IMG/VR virus record: IMGVR_UViG_3300031774_000002
Reading direction: 5' to 3' (one strand)
DNA length: 64,000 nucleotides
Origin: an uncultured virus (IMG/VR IMGVR_UViG_3300031774_000002)
Taxonomy: Duplodnaviria > Heunggongvirae > Uroviricota > Caudoviricetes
This document shows, in pieces, positions 1 through 9,567 of the stretch. The notes below the pieces were generated by a model. That model searched no databases and was not told the DNA's origin. It saw only the letters and a program-made list of their open reading frames with translations. Position 1 is the first letter of the stretch; each line of letters begins with the position of its first letter. The translations under genes and the position numbers were made by a program.

Positions 1-408
1 TTTAGCAGTCATTTGTTTTGCTTTGTTTCTCACAGCAGTATGTTTGCTGGTATAACCTTTTCTGAGATCAGGATCTAAATCATTCTTTTTCATACCAAGC
101 TCAAATAAGTCATCTGAGTTAATCATCTTAAGACCGCTTGAGCTTGGTATTACATTTTTTGCTACATATGACTTTCCACTTCCTGGACCACCTGCTAGAA
201 ATATTGCTTTAAAGATTCCAGGATCATTTATACCTTCATCAAGAAAAAAGTCTTGCAATTCATTTACTTTAAGCAAGGTTGTTCTTGTTTTGGCATATGG
301 TGTCTGTTCAACAATCACTTTCTTTTTACTTTCAAATAGTGTGTTAAAGTCTTTCCCAGCTTTAGCAGGTGTATTTCGTTTCGCCATTTCAATAGCCAAA
401 TTATTCAT
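1..408 (-). CDS. P-loop kinase (AAA_33/PNK-like), partial, runs off the left edge
   Basis: Not in the ORF track; hand translation from ATG 408 (overlaps the upstream TAA): ...FLDEGINDPGIFKAIFLAGGPGSGKSYVAK..., Walker A; frame open to base 1. Confidence 0.8.
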   Translation of the reverse strand, partial: MNNLAIEMAKRNTPAKAGKDFNTLFESKKKVIVEQTPYAKTRTTLLKVNELQDFFLDEGINDPGIFKAIFLAGGPGSGKSYVAKNVIPSSSGLKMINSDDLFELGMKKNDLDPDLRKGYTSKHTAVRNKAKQMTAK

Positions 409-968
409 TATAATCCAAATTTCTTCATGAAGTCTTTGCGTTCTTTAATCTTAACTCTCTTTGCTTTCTGCTCAAGATAGCGTTTCAAAAACGCTTTCAT
501 TTCTTTCTTGCGTGCATCTGGCTTTTTCCAATGAACTTCATCATCACCAGTACCAGCCACAGCAGATCCTGTAGCATTAGCAGGAGCATCTTCGAATAGC
601 TTGCCGAAATCTTTTTGTTGTTTTGTATTTGAATCTATTTCATCCATTGCTTCGTATAACCCTTGTACCATTTCTTCTTCAGTAAATTCAGTTTGCGAAT
701 GGCTTTCTTTGATGAGGAACAAAGCAGCAGCATATGAAGCAAACTTGGATTTACCACCTGGAACTTTTTCTAGAAGTTTTTTGAGATTGAACACCATCCG
801 ATCATAATACCCATAAGCATTATTCTCTTCAGTAGTCTCGGGAGACTTTATTTTCTTCCCTCTCTCATCAATAATGCCTAACTTATAAGCATTGGTTTTA
901 TTGAAAGGTGTTGTCAACCTTTTAATAAATTGATAAGCGAGAATAAGATCTGCTATCTTTCCAGCCAT
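408..968 (-). CDS. conserved T4-like phage hypothetical protein
   Basis: 186 aa, YQFIKRLTTPF...AYKLGIID motif familiar from T4-like phages; coupled to neighbours. Confidence 0.7.
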   Translation of the reverse strand: MAGKIADLILAYQFIKRLTTPFNKTNAYKLGIIDERGKKIKSPETTEENNAYGYYDRMVFNLKKLLEKVPGGKSKFASYAAALFLIKESHSQTEFTEEEMVQGLYEAMDEIDSNTKQQKDFGKLFEDAPANATGSAVAGTGDDEVHWKKPDARKKEMKAFLKRYLEQKAKRVKIKERKDFMKKFGL

Positions 969-1355
969 TTATATTTTCCTAAGAGTCTCAACAATTAAAT
1001 TGTCTAGTAGTATCTCAGAGTCTTTGATTCTCTTACCATCGACTAGACCAATATCTGTTGGCCAATAGTTTAGCATTATTAAAAAAGGTTTTAAGTAGTG
1101 CAGATAACCGTCCAACTTCAAGAACATCATCCTTGTTGCAGCTTTTGCCTCAAACATATTGTAGATAACTATTAAATGATTCAGAATTAAGCGTTCTTTT
1201 AAAACACCAGTCTGCTCATATTTACGAAACAATCTTTTTATGTATCGTATTCTTTTTAAGTCATCATGAAACTCAAGCAAATCCGTACAATTAGGATTCG
1301 TATATGTCTTCATAGCAAAAAGTAAGAAGTTCTCTTCAGTCAAGTTATCAAACAT
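969..1355 (-). CDS. conserved T4-like phage hypothetical protein
   Basis: 128 aa, EFHDDLKRIRYIKRL...ERLILNHLI motif; abuts neighbours. Confidence 0.7.
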   Translation of the reverse strand: MFDNLTEENFLLFAMKTYTNPNCTDLLEFHDDLKRIRYIKRLFRKYEQTGVLKERLILNHLIVIYNMFEAKAATRMMFLKLDGYLHYLKPFLIMLNYWPTDIGLVDGKRIKDSEILLDNLIVETLRKI

Positions 1356-1358
1356 AAT

Positions 1359-1733
1359 TTAGAATGTGCTCAGTGCTGCCCTCTTAATAACAGTTGAACT
1401 AACTGCAACATAGATGTAATCAGCATCAAACCAAATAGATCCAGCAGCAACATTTGGATTAGTTGTTGTTGGATTATTTGTTGTTGGTGTCGCACTTGTT
1501 AGTCTGAGATTACCAGTACCAGAAAATGTAGTGTTAGCAGAAACAGTAGCGTTGTCACCACTAACAGTAACATCTTTTGTGAACACAGCAGCAGTCGGGA
1601 CAGAACCAAATATGTTTGTCACCGAAACCTTTTTGCTTACTGGAGTGCCTGATGGATTATCCACAACCATAAACAAATCTTCTGCTGCAACCGATGTTGC
1701 AGCAGTCAATGCAGTAACTTTCTTATCAGCCAT
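1359..1733 (-). CDS. putative virion fibre/decoration protein
   Basis: MADKKVTALTAAT-type N-terminus, T/S/A-rich, C-terminal GSIWFDADYIYV. Confidence 0.55.
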   Translation of the reverse strand: MADKKVTALTAATSVAAEDLFMVVDNPSGTPVSKKVSVTNIFGSVPTAAVFTKDVTVSGDNATVSANTTFSGTGNLRLTSATPTTNNPTTTNPNVAAGSIWFDADYIYVAVSSTVIKRAALSTF

Positions 1734-1746
1734 CAGCTAAATCCCC

Positions 1747-2232
1747 TTATGCGTCAGGTAATTGTGTATCGTCTGCAGCGTCGCCAGAGATAGAACCTGC
1801 AGCTACTAATGTTTCATAGTGTATTCGACCAGAACGACCACCAGAACCAGCTGTACGCTTAACCCAACCAGCGTGAGCAATTCGTTTACCTTCGCCAGCA
1901 ACACCAACCTCTGTAGTGTCAGCACCAAATACTAAACTAGCGTCACCACCAGACTCAGAATATGTAATGCTTTTTGGCTTTTCAGAAACAACATAGTTAG
2001 CGTTTGCTGAAGCACCTGCTAATGTTCCACCGTTATCTGCTGAACGAACAGTCGCAACTGTCGCATTAGCAATAGCAGTGAATACATAGTCATTACCACC
2101 AACATTTAAAAAGTCACCAACTTTAAATGCTGTTAAGGTTGTGCTGGTGCCAATAACAGTGCTGTTTGCAGCAGTAACAACTACTGATCCAGGACTTGCA
2201 CCTATTTTATCTTTCATTCCCCATAAACTCAT
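1747..2232 (-). CDS. putative virion structural protein
   Basis: MSLWG start, HAGWV...ETLVA motif, G/A/T-rich; SD AGGAGA upstream. Confidence 0.55.
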   Translation of the reverse strand: MSLWGMKDKIGASPGSVVVTAANSTVIGTSTTLTAFKVGDFLNVGGNDYVFTAIANATVATVRSADNGGTLAGASANANYVVSEKPKSITYSESGGDASLVFGADTTEVGVAGEGKRIAHAGWVKRTAGSGGRSGRIHYETLVAAGSISGDAADDTQLPDA

Positions 2233-2271
2233 CTTATTTTTCTCCTAAGATTTATTTTAATTTCTTTCTAT

Positions 2272-4503
2272 TTAGTCTTTTTTCATAGCCAATTTAGTGG
2301 CAGTTGCTTCCATCACTCGTTCCCAGCGATTGCCATATTTCTTTTTAAAGAAGTTTTCGTCAAGTTTTGGTTTAGTTTCAACCTTTTCTTTCTTACCTGA
2401 TTTAACTTCTTTTTCATCTCCTTCCTTATCAGTCTTTTCATCTGAATCGTCTTTGTCGATAGCTTTAGAGATAGCTTTGCGTTTCTTGTGTAAGAACTTG
2501 TCTGAGCTGTCAACATCACCATCGTTGTCGATGTCTTTGTCTTTACGATCTTTGAACTTCTTCTTAACAGCTTTAGGTTGGACTTTATCAAGACCTTCAC
2601 CGTCATCAGACTTATCATTAGTGTTGTCTTCGTTAATCTGCTCTGGCTCTTGAACTGGCTCAGGTTTATCTTCATTAGTAGGTTCTTGACCAGTAACAAC
2701 GCCACGAACAGCATCTAGCAATGAATCGCTTATGCCATGATTTTTAGCTGTACCAAAAAAGTTTTCATTAGATTCTCTAAATGTAACTCTACCTCTTTGT
2801 CCACCTTTTATCTTAAGAATGGTATCAACGATTTCAGTCGCTTTCTCTTTATCAACCTTCATACCTTTCATTACAAATTGAATGCCTTGATCTTTATTTT
2901 TTGATGGCATCATAAATTTTTCAGCTTTCTTTAAATATGGGGTTAGACCTTTATTCGCTTCATCTAATTGCACACTAAGAAGTGAAATATATTTTTCATC
3001 TGATTCGTTCATTTCTGTTGACTCCATTTTACCTTTAACTTTGAACATTTTGTATTCGCCTTCTTTCTCAGCTTTGTTTGCTCGGTCAAGATACTTCTTA
3101 GCTTTCTGCTCATTGTCGAACTTAGAGAACTTAGTGGTATCAGCTTTACCTTTCTTATCGTAGTATTGAACCATGAAGTAATCTTCTTCTAATTCAACAG
3201 ACTCTTTCTGATCAAAACGAACACCGTCATCTTTTATTACATAATCAGCCTTTCTATCCATTTTAGCAACAGCAAATTGGTCCATTCTAAAATTACCTTT
3301 TGTACCGCTTTTCCATTGAACTGTTGCCGCAGGCTTACCATTCACTTTAATTTGTTTAATCACTTTACCATATAACGCCTGACCTGCACCAAAATCCATT
3401 TTTACAGTAGCACCTTTATCAATATTAAAGGCTTCATCAAGTTCCTCACGAACAAGAACTTGTATGTGATCTTCTCCACTACGCAATCCACCTTTATCAA
3501 CATGAACATTCTTTTTGCCATATTTTTTTATTGCTTGAGCAGCAGTCACGCTGTTGGTTGTTTTCCAACGCATTCCTTTTGGTGCTTTTGGATATGCTTC
3601 ATCAAGTTGTTGATCACCTTCAACTTCAGTTGAATTCATTAAGTATTTTTTTCTACTTATAAGCTGAAATGTGTTCTTAATAGATGGAGCAACTTTTGCA
3701 ATTGCTTTAGATGCAGCGTCTTCTACTTTCTCAGCACCTTTAATTGTTTTATCTATTTCTTTTATTACATCTTCAAGAGACTTAACTAAAACAGGATCAG
3801 AAAGTTTTGTTCTTTGTTTTTCTGCTTTTTTCTTAGCTACTTTTAACTTTTCTATAGAAGTAAATAAATCACTGTTAGGTATATCACCTACTTTAAACTG
3901 AGCACTCATTACTTGATTCTCATTAAGCTCAACTTCTTCTTTCATATCATAACTAGCAACCAAACCACTAAGCTGATTCACCATAGTCGTTAAGACTGGC
4001 ATTGGAAGAGTTATCAACTGATTGTATGCATCTTTTGACAAACCTTTCACTTTGCTTAATTGTTTTTTAACATCAGACATATTAGCTTCTTTAAATGTAA
4101 CCTTGCCCTTTTGACTGCCTTTCATTTTAAGAATTCTATTAACTAGATGAGTTGCTTTCTTTTTATTAACTTTCATAACATCCATTACAGCTTGAATGCC
4201 TTGTTCTTTATTTTTTGTACCCATCATCGCATCTTCGACTTTCTTTAAATCGCCAATAAGAGCTTCATCAAGAGATTCTTCTTCAGCTAGAAAGTCATCA
4301 AATGCCTTTTCAAATGCTTCGTCAAGATCCTTTTCGTCTTTTGTTTCAGGCTTCTCGTGAGTATAACCCAACTTCTTCATGCGCTCATGGTCTTCTGGCT
4401 TCTCAGCTTTATACGCTTTGCCAGTCTCTGGATCATACATCATGTGCGGTTCAAAGTCTTGTTTTGATTCATACATTGATCTAATTGTATTTGCTAGATT
4501 CAT
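2272..4503 (-). CDS. large charged modular protein, putative head internal polyprotein
   Basis: 743 aa, many (L/I/M/F)xE sites separating K-rich modules, internal repeat, DIDNDGDVD EF-hand-like motif. Confidence 0.6.
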   Translation of the reverse strand: MNLANTIRSMYESKQDFEPHMMYDPETGKAYKAEKPEDHERMKKLGYTHEKPETKDEKDLDEAFEKAFDDFLAEEESLDEALIGDLKKVEDAMMGTKNKEQGIQAVMDVMKVNKKKATHLVNRILKMKGSQKGKVTFKEANMSDVKKQLSKVKGLSKDAYNQLITLPMPVLTTMVNQLSGLVASYDMKEEVELNENQVMSAQFKVGDIPNSDLFTSIEKLKVAKKKAEKQRTKLSDPVLVKSLEDVIKEIDKTIKGAEKVEDAASKAIAKVAPSIKNTFQLISRKKYLMNSTEVEGDQQLDEAYPKAPKGMRWKTTNSVTAAQAIKKYGKKNVHVDKGGLRSGEDHIQVLVREELDEAFNIDKGATVKMDFGAGQALYGKVIKQIKVNGKPAATVQWKSGTKGNFRMDQFAVAKMDRKADYVIKDDGVRFDQKESVELEEDYFMVQYYDKKGKADTTKFSKFDNEQKAKKYLDRANKAEKEGEYKMFKVKGKMESTEMNESDEKYISLLSVQLDEANKGLTPYLKKAEKFMMPSKNKDQGIQFVMKGMKVDKEKATEIVDTILKIKGGQRGRVTFRESNENFFGTAKNHGISDSLLDAVRGVVTGQEPTNEDKPEPVQEPEQINEDNTNDKSDDGEGLDKVQPKAVKKKFKDRKDKDIDNDGDVDSSDKFLHKKRKAISKAIDKDDSDEKTDKEGDEKEVKSGKKEKVETKPKLDENFFKKKYGNRWERVMEATATKLAMKKD

Positions 4504-4515
4504 TTTTATTATTCC

Positions 4516-7101
4516 TTAGTTATCAACTTTTTTACTGGCTCGCCACTGATAACAAGACCAGTATCCAGCTTTTGTTTTATCGGTTTTGTTATCACAATCG
4601 TGCCTTGCTCTAAATGACTTTCTTCGCTCTGGATCATCACGCTTGATCTCCATATTTGGATCACCAAATGTGACTTTAACTACATTACCTTTATCATTCT
4701 TAACATACACACCAAATTTCTTTTTAGATCCTGCTGGAAGTCTGAATGGGTCATTCAGCTTTACTTTGCGACCCTGATACTCTGACTCCTCAACAATCAA
4801 ATCATCATACATGTCAGTACACTCTTGACATGGAGTATCTTTCTTATATTGAGCTACAAGTTTGTTAGTACCTTCCTCGCCTGCACCACCTTCCTCAGTG
4901 ATAGCATCTTTATACATCTTAGCAAGAACGCGAGCGGTCACACCATTGTATTGTTTGGCAACCTGAGCAGCATAGTAATCTACACTGTGTTTTAACGAAC
5001 TTCCTTTTGCTTCTTTCTTTTTGCGAGAATAAATTTGTTTCAATACTTCTAGTGCAGCTTTGTATTTATTCTTACTGACAGTTCTAGCTTTCAAGCGGTC
5101 AATCAATTCAGTTGTTGGAACTTCTTTCAACAACTCCTTATCTTCCTTTAATGCAACTTTTACTTGTCGCACCTTTGTTTCCATATCTCGAATTTCAGGT
5201 TCTAGATCTTTACGTTGGCGACCGCGACTCTTTTTAATTAAGTCTTGAAGTTGTGATTCAAAAGAATCGAGCTTACGCTTTAGATCACGCTCAGGCTTCC
5301 CTTTGTATGGATTTCTAAGTGCTTCCTCTAGAGACTCAACAATACCACTACCAACTTGACCAAGTTTTTTTCCATAGATTGCTCTGCCAGTTGCTAGATC
5401 AACTAAGTCTTGAGCAGCACGCCTTGAATACCCCATTTTACTTTGGATATCAGATACTGCACGCTTTGCACCTCGTTTTTTGATTATGTCTTGAATCATG
5501 TCAACATGCTTTTTCTTTAATGCAAACTTATCACCGTCTTGTGGAAATACACCCATTGATTCATTAACACTTTCTTTCTTTGGCTTTGGCTTACCTTTAT
5601 GCTTTGCCCATAAATCAGCATCGCCAGTAGTTCTTGTCTTACCGCCAGTAATGAAAGAGTTTACACGAGCATATGCCCATTGCTGTTGGCTTGCTCCTGG
5701 ACGATGTCCAGTCTTCCATGCAGCCATTCCGCGATTGTAAACTTTCTTCAGGATACCAAGAGATATGCCAGACTTCTCAGACTTTTTCTTTAGCGCAGTG
5801 GCTGAGTCTTCGGTGATCTCAAAAGATTCTTCTTGGTTCTTAGCTTTAGTGTCAGCAGTACGAGCACGATCCAACATACGATCATGTTTTTTCTTATCAG
5901 AAGCCTTTTCTCTGTCTATCTTTTCTTTAGCAGAGTCAACTTCACCCTCACCAAACATATCATGATACTTTTTAGTATGTTTAGAAGTACGAGTCTTTGC
6001 ACCTGCATCGCCAGCATGCTTATCTGGATATGCTGATGGATCATCCGAATCTTTCTCAGCACCCTTCTTAAATTGAGCATCACGCTTTGCTTTGGTAGAC
6101 TTTGATAAACCGCTATGGTATTTCTTTGGTTGTGTTCCTTCGCGATCTTTGATATCTTTATCCTGAGCAACCCTCGCTTCAAATAATTGATCAAAGTCTA
6201 TCTCTTCTTTGACGCCACCGCGAACTCTCTTCAATCTTTCAATCTCCGCTTTACGAACTTTTGGTAATATTTTCTTGGCTATCTTGGGAACAAGACCAGC
6301 TTTCTTTGCGACCAACTTATCAATCTGTATCTTGTCTGATGGCGATAGAGTAGCATAACTTTTCCCACGATCACCAGCAACCTTTTTACGAACAATTGCA
6401 ATTGCTTGTTTTTGAGCACGCTTTTGTATAGTCTTAGCATCAGCCATTTTCTTTGCTTTCATCTTCTTAATACGCTGTAACTTCGGTGCTAATCGTTTCA
6501 TCCTACGACCGATAGCTTTGCGTTGTGAAATGCTTAGTGGCTTTTTATCTTCATCTAAATCTTCTTTTATTACCGACCTGATAGTATCATAGATATCTTT
6601 AGCGTCACGGTCATTTAATTTCTTTGGTAATCCAGACTTAAATGTATCAAAGTCTCCTTCAACAGCAGTAGCTCTCAACTTTGATGCGGACATACCCTCA
6701 ACGCCAGTTGCATCGGGATCTCGTGCGCCTGCTGATACGACCTTAATAGTTTTAAAGTCATAGTCTCTTCCGTTATACTTTTGTAATAAACCATTGAACT
6801 CAGTAACTCGATCAGAGCCAACAACCATAACAACCTCATCATACTGCTTATCGAGTTCGTCCATTATCTGGAAGATTGTCTTAGACTTTGATTGTGTTAC
6901 TGACTTACCGAATGCTTTGCGTGCGAAACGAATCTTCTCAGCGTAGTTGAGAGGATCTTTCTTATTATTCTGAGTGTGTGACAGGTATACTTTTGCTGGA
7001 GCTTTTTCTTTCTTTGCTACAGCTTCCACTTTATCAACCAGCTTCTGATGTCCGATTGTTGGTGGGTTCATTCTACCGAATGTGATTACTACTTTTGCCA
7101 T
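4516..7101 (-). CDS. HIGH-class (cytidylyltransferase-like) nucleotidyltransferase fused to several small phage domains
   Basis: N-terminal VITFGRMNPPTIGH, VVGSDR and MSASKLR motifs; C-terminal modules separated by xxE sites. Confidence 0.75.
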   Translation of the reverse strand: MAKVVITFGRMNPPTIGHQKLVDKVEAVAKKEKAPAKVYLSHTQNNKKDPLNYAEKIRFARKAFGKSVTQSKSKTIFQIMDELDKQYDEVVMVVGSDRVTEFNGLLQKYNGRDYDFKTIKVVSAGARDPDATGVEGMSASKLRATAVEGDFDTFKSGLPKKLNDRDAKDIYDTIRSVIKEDLDEDKKPLSISQRKAIGRRMKRLAPKLQRIKKMKAKKMADAKTIQKRAQKQAIAIVRKKVAGDRGKSYATLSPSDKIQIDKLVAKKAGLVPKIAKKILPKVRKAEIERLKRVRGGVKEEIDFDQLFEARVAQDKDIKDREGTQPKKYHSGLSKSTKAKRDAQFKKGAEKDSDDPSAYPDKHAGDAGAKTRTSKHTKKYHDMFGEGEVDSAKEKIDREKASDKKKHDRMLDRARTADTKAKNQEESFEITEDSATALKKKSEKSGISLGILKKVYNRGMAAWKTGHRPGASQQQWAYARVNSFITGGKTRTTGDADLWAKHKGKPKPKKESVNESMGVFPQDGDKFALKKKHVDMIQDIIKKRGAKRAVSDIQSKMGYSRRAAQDLVDLATGRAIYGKKLGQVGSGIVESLEEALRNPYKGKPERDLKRKLDSFESQLQDLIKKSRGRQRKDLEPEIRDMETKVRQVKVALKEDKELLKEVPTTELIDRLKARTVSKNKYKAALEVLKQIYSRKKKEAKGSSLKHSVDYYAAQVAKQYNGVTARVLAKMYKDAITEEGGAGEEGTNKLVAQYKKDTPCQECTDMYDDLIVEESEYQGRKVKLNDPFRLPAGSKKKFGVYVKNDKGNVVKVTFGDPNMEIKRDDPERRKSFRARHDCDNKTDKTKAGYWSCYQWRASKKVDN

Positions 7102-7190
7102 TTACGTGTTTCCCTTGGGCTTAACGTGTTAAAATTAGTTGTTGACTTATCTCAAATTAGACGTATAATAGAGGTGTCGTTTTGTAAGTG

Positions 7191-7198
7191 TATTTATA
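7191..7198 (-). promoter_or_regulatory. T4-type late promoter TATAAATA
   Basis: exact consensus in the intergenic gap upstream of 4516..7101. Confidence 0.8.
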
Positions 7199-7205
7199 AG
7201 TTTTG

Positions 7206-8132
7206 TTACTCTAACAACCCACCTTCTTCTAGTTCATTTCTGAAATATTCAATTGTCTTTTCCATCCCCTCTTCAAGAGTTACTAATTTAGAAGGATCCA
7301 TATCGACAAGAGCAAGAGTAGATGTATCTGCCTTTACCACATCACCAACATTCTCACCTGGACGCATAGGAAGATTAACAATCTTTGATTCACTATTAGA
7401 CATTCGGATAATAGTCTCAGCAACTTCTTGAACAGTGCTGTTTATTTCTGGACCAACTTCAACAGTCCTATCAAATACAACACCATCTGCTGCTTTCTCT
7501 ACAGCAGTAACAAGAGCTTTTGCTACATCACCAACATAAACCATATCAGAAACTTGCGAGCCATCACCATATACTTCCACATCTTGATTTGTTAATGCAC
7601 GGCACGCAAAAGAAGGTGTTATCTTTCGTACCTTACCAGAACCAAATGGTGCTACTGCAAGTTGTCTTGGACCATATGCATTCATAGCTCTTACTATATT
7701 AACTTTTGTTCCGCGAAACCGATTGAACATATCAATAAATCTTTCTATCATTGTTTTTGTAATTGAGTATGTATTATTCATCCAATGATTTCCAACACCG
7801 ATATATGCACCTGGAAGGTCATACTGTGCTGCAGCTTCGAGAACATTTAATCCACCAACCAAATTTGATTTAGCAGCAGGTCTTGGATTCTGAATAGTCT
7901 CTTGTGTGCCAAGAACAGCAGCAAGGTGGATCCAACCATCAACATGTGCCATTGCTTCAGTAACAGCAATGTCGTCCATAATATCGCCTGAGAATACTTC
8001 AACTTCTGGATCATACTCTGAATAATGTCTCCTATGATGATCAAATATAACAGGCTTGTGCCCTCTTGATTGAAGTTCTTCTACAACATATCTTCCAATA
8101 AAACCCATACCACCAGTAACTAAAATTTTCAT
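7206..8132 (-). CDS. NAD-dependent epimerase/dehydratase
   Basis: TGGMGFIG Rossmann motif, YSITK (YxxxK), NAYGP. Confidence 0.9.
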   Translation of the reverse strand: MKILVTGGMGFIGRYVVEELQSRGHKPVIFDHHRRHYSEYDPEVEVFSGDIMDDIAVTEAMAHVDGWIHLAAVLGTQETIQNPRPAAKSNLVGGLNVLEAAAQYDLPGAYIGVGNHWMNNTYSITKTMIERFIDMFNRFRGTKVNIVRAMNAYGPRQLAVAPFGSGKVRKITPSFACRALTNQDVEVYGDGSQVSDMVYVGDVAKALVTAVEKAADGVVFDRTVEVGPEINSTVQEVAETIIRMSNSESKIVNLPMRPGENVGDVVKADTSTLALVDMDPSKLVTLEEGMEKTIEYFRNELEEGGLLE

Positions 8133-8944
8133 GTAAGTTTTCCTTCGTTATAATATTGTTTCCACAAGTTTGTAAAATTTATTCCTGAATATATATATTC
8201 ATCTGTCCATGGGAGCTTTTTACCACCACCAATATAATGTAAAATATATGGATCTTTAAGCATGCCCATTTCTTTTGCCATAGCCAACCATGAAACATCT
8301 GTATTCATTTCAAACGGTAATTGAACAAAGTTTCCTCTTAATATCCAACCCAGATAACTTTGCACCACAAATGCTCCATCTGGCACATCTTTATCTAGTG
8401 TAGCATCAATAAACATATCAGTCAATTGTAATTCCATCCATTTTTTATTATCGAATAGCATTATTCCAGATTGACAAGCTGGTGTTTCGCCTAGACCGAG
8501 ATCAGTATCATAATCTCTTCTGAGCATTTGTTTTTCTTTATTCCATGGATTACCATTTAATGACATTGCGACTGGCATGTCGTGCATGTCTACATCCCAC
8601 AAAAAAGAAAAATCTTTTATAGCGATAGTGTCAGCATCCATCCACATAGATCTAGAATATTTTTTATGTGATAAGTTTGGTATCAATATTCGATTATACA
8701 TTGACGGCATACCGCTATCAGCTCTTCCATCTCCCCACCCTCTACCGCTTGGGTTACATGGTAATGAAACATTAAAGATAAGTTCTATATCTGGGTGTTC
8801 AAGTTGTTTGAATTCTTCTGGCTCGCCAGTACAATAAACTTGGAAATCAAAATTCCACTCAACTTCTTTTTTTAGACTATTGAAAAGAGCAATGACACCA
8901 GATATGTGTGATGGGGTGCATCCTGTAACTATATTATTTTTCAT
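8129..8944 (-). CDS. glycosyltransferase, GT8-like
   Basis: YNRILIP, WMDADT (DxD), QSGIMLFD, ILHYIGGGKKLPW. Confidence 0.8.
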   Translation of the reverse strand: MKNNIVTGCTPSHISGVIALFNSLKKEVEWNFDFQVYCTGEPEEFKQLEHPDIELIFNVSLPCNPSGRGWGDGRADSGMPSMYNRILIPNLSHKKYSRSMWMDADTIAIKDFSFLWDVDMHDMPVAMSLNGNPWNKEKQMLRRDYDTDLGLGETPACQSGIMLFDNKKWMELQLTDMFIDATLDKDVPDGAFVVQSYLGWILRGNFVQLPFEMNTDVSWLAMAKEMGMLKDPYILHYIGGGKKLPWTDEYIYSGINFTNLWKQYYNEGKLT

Positions 8945-9567
8945 CTAGTGGACCTTTGAAGTATTTTAATCTTTTTTTGTTGACCAACGAAAGGTTCGTT
9001 ATAATATCCTTCCATATCCATGGGTGCTTCTGTGTATACACAAGCATATAACCCACGCGGTTTGTCACTTGTATTCTCATTTGACGCATGAACAGTAGAT
9101 CCATTGATTGCTACAATATCTCCTGCTTTGGGCAGGAGTGTTTTCCACTTATCATCTTTATCTCTAATAAACAATGCACCATTGTGTCTGGTGAAATCAT
9201 CTATTGCGATACTAAGATTTACAGTGTGTATATCATTACCTTTGTTTCTCAATGAGTATTGATTGTCATAATGTGGTCCAAAGCTCATCTTATCATGCGG
9301 TAGTTTGTATATCATCTGATCATTGAATAGATGGGGTGTGCCCAATAGGTCAGTTGCAATATCCTTCATTATATCAGAAGTGTATATCTCGGTCAAGGGT
9401 TGTGAGAACTTCCCTGCACACGATATACCTTTCCATGTAGAATACTTATCACATTCTGTCCGCATATTATGTCCACAATCAGAGAGTATTTCAAGATCTT
9501 TTTTAGAAAAGACATTAGGTATGATTACCCATCCTTCTTTCTTATAGTGATCTATATTATTTTCCAT
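8941..9567 (-). CDS. PhyH-like 2OG-Fe(II) dioxygenase
   Basis: EGWVIIPNVF, HYD (HxD), AGD...VHAS..N....R. Confidence 0.85.
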   Translation of the reverse strand: MENNIDHYKKEGWVIIPNVFSKKDLEILSDCGHNMRTECDKYSTWKGISCAGKFSQPLTEIYTSDIMKDIATDLLGTPHLFNDQMIYKLPHDKMSFGPHYDNQYSLRNKGNDIHTVNLSIAIDDFTRHNGALFIRDKDDKWKTLLPKAGDIVAINGSTVHASNENTSDKPRGLYACVYTEAPMDMEGYYNEPFVGQQKKIKILQRSTR

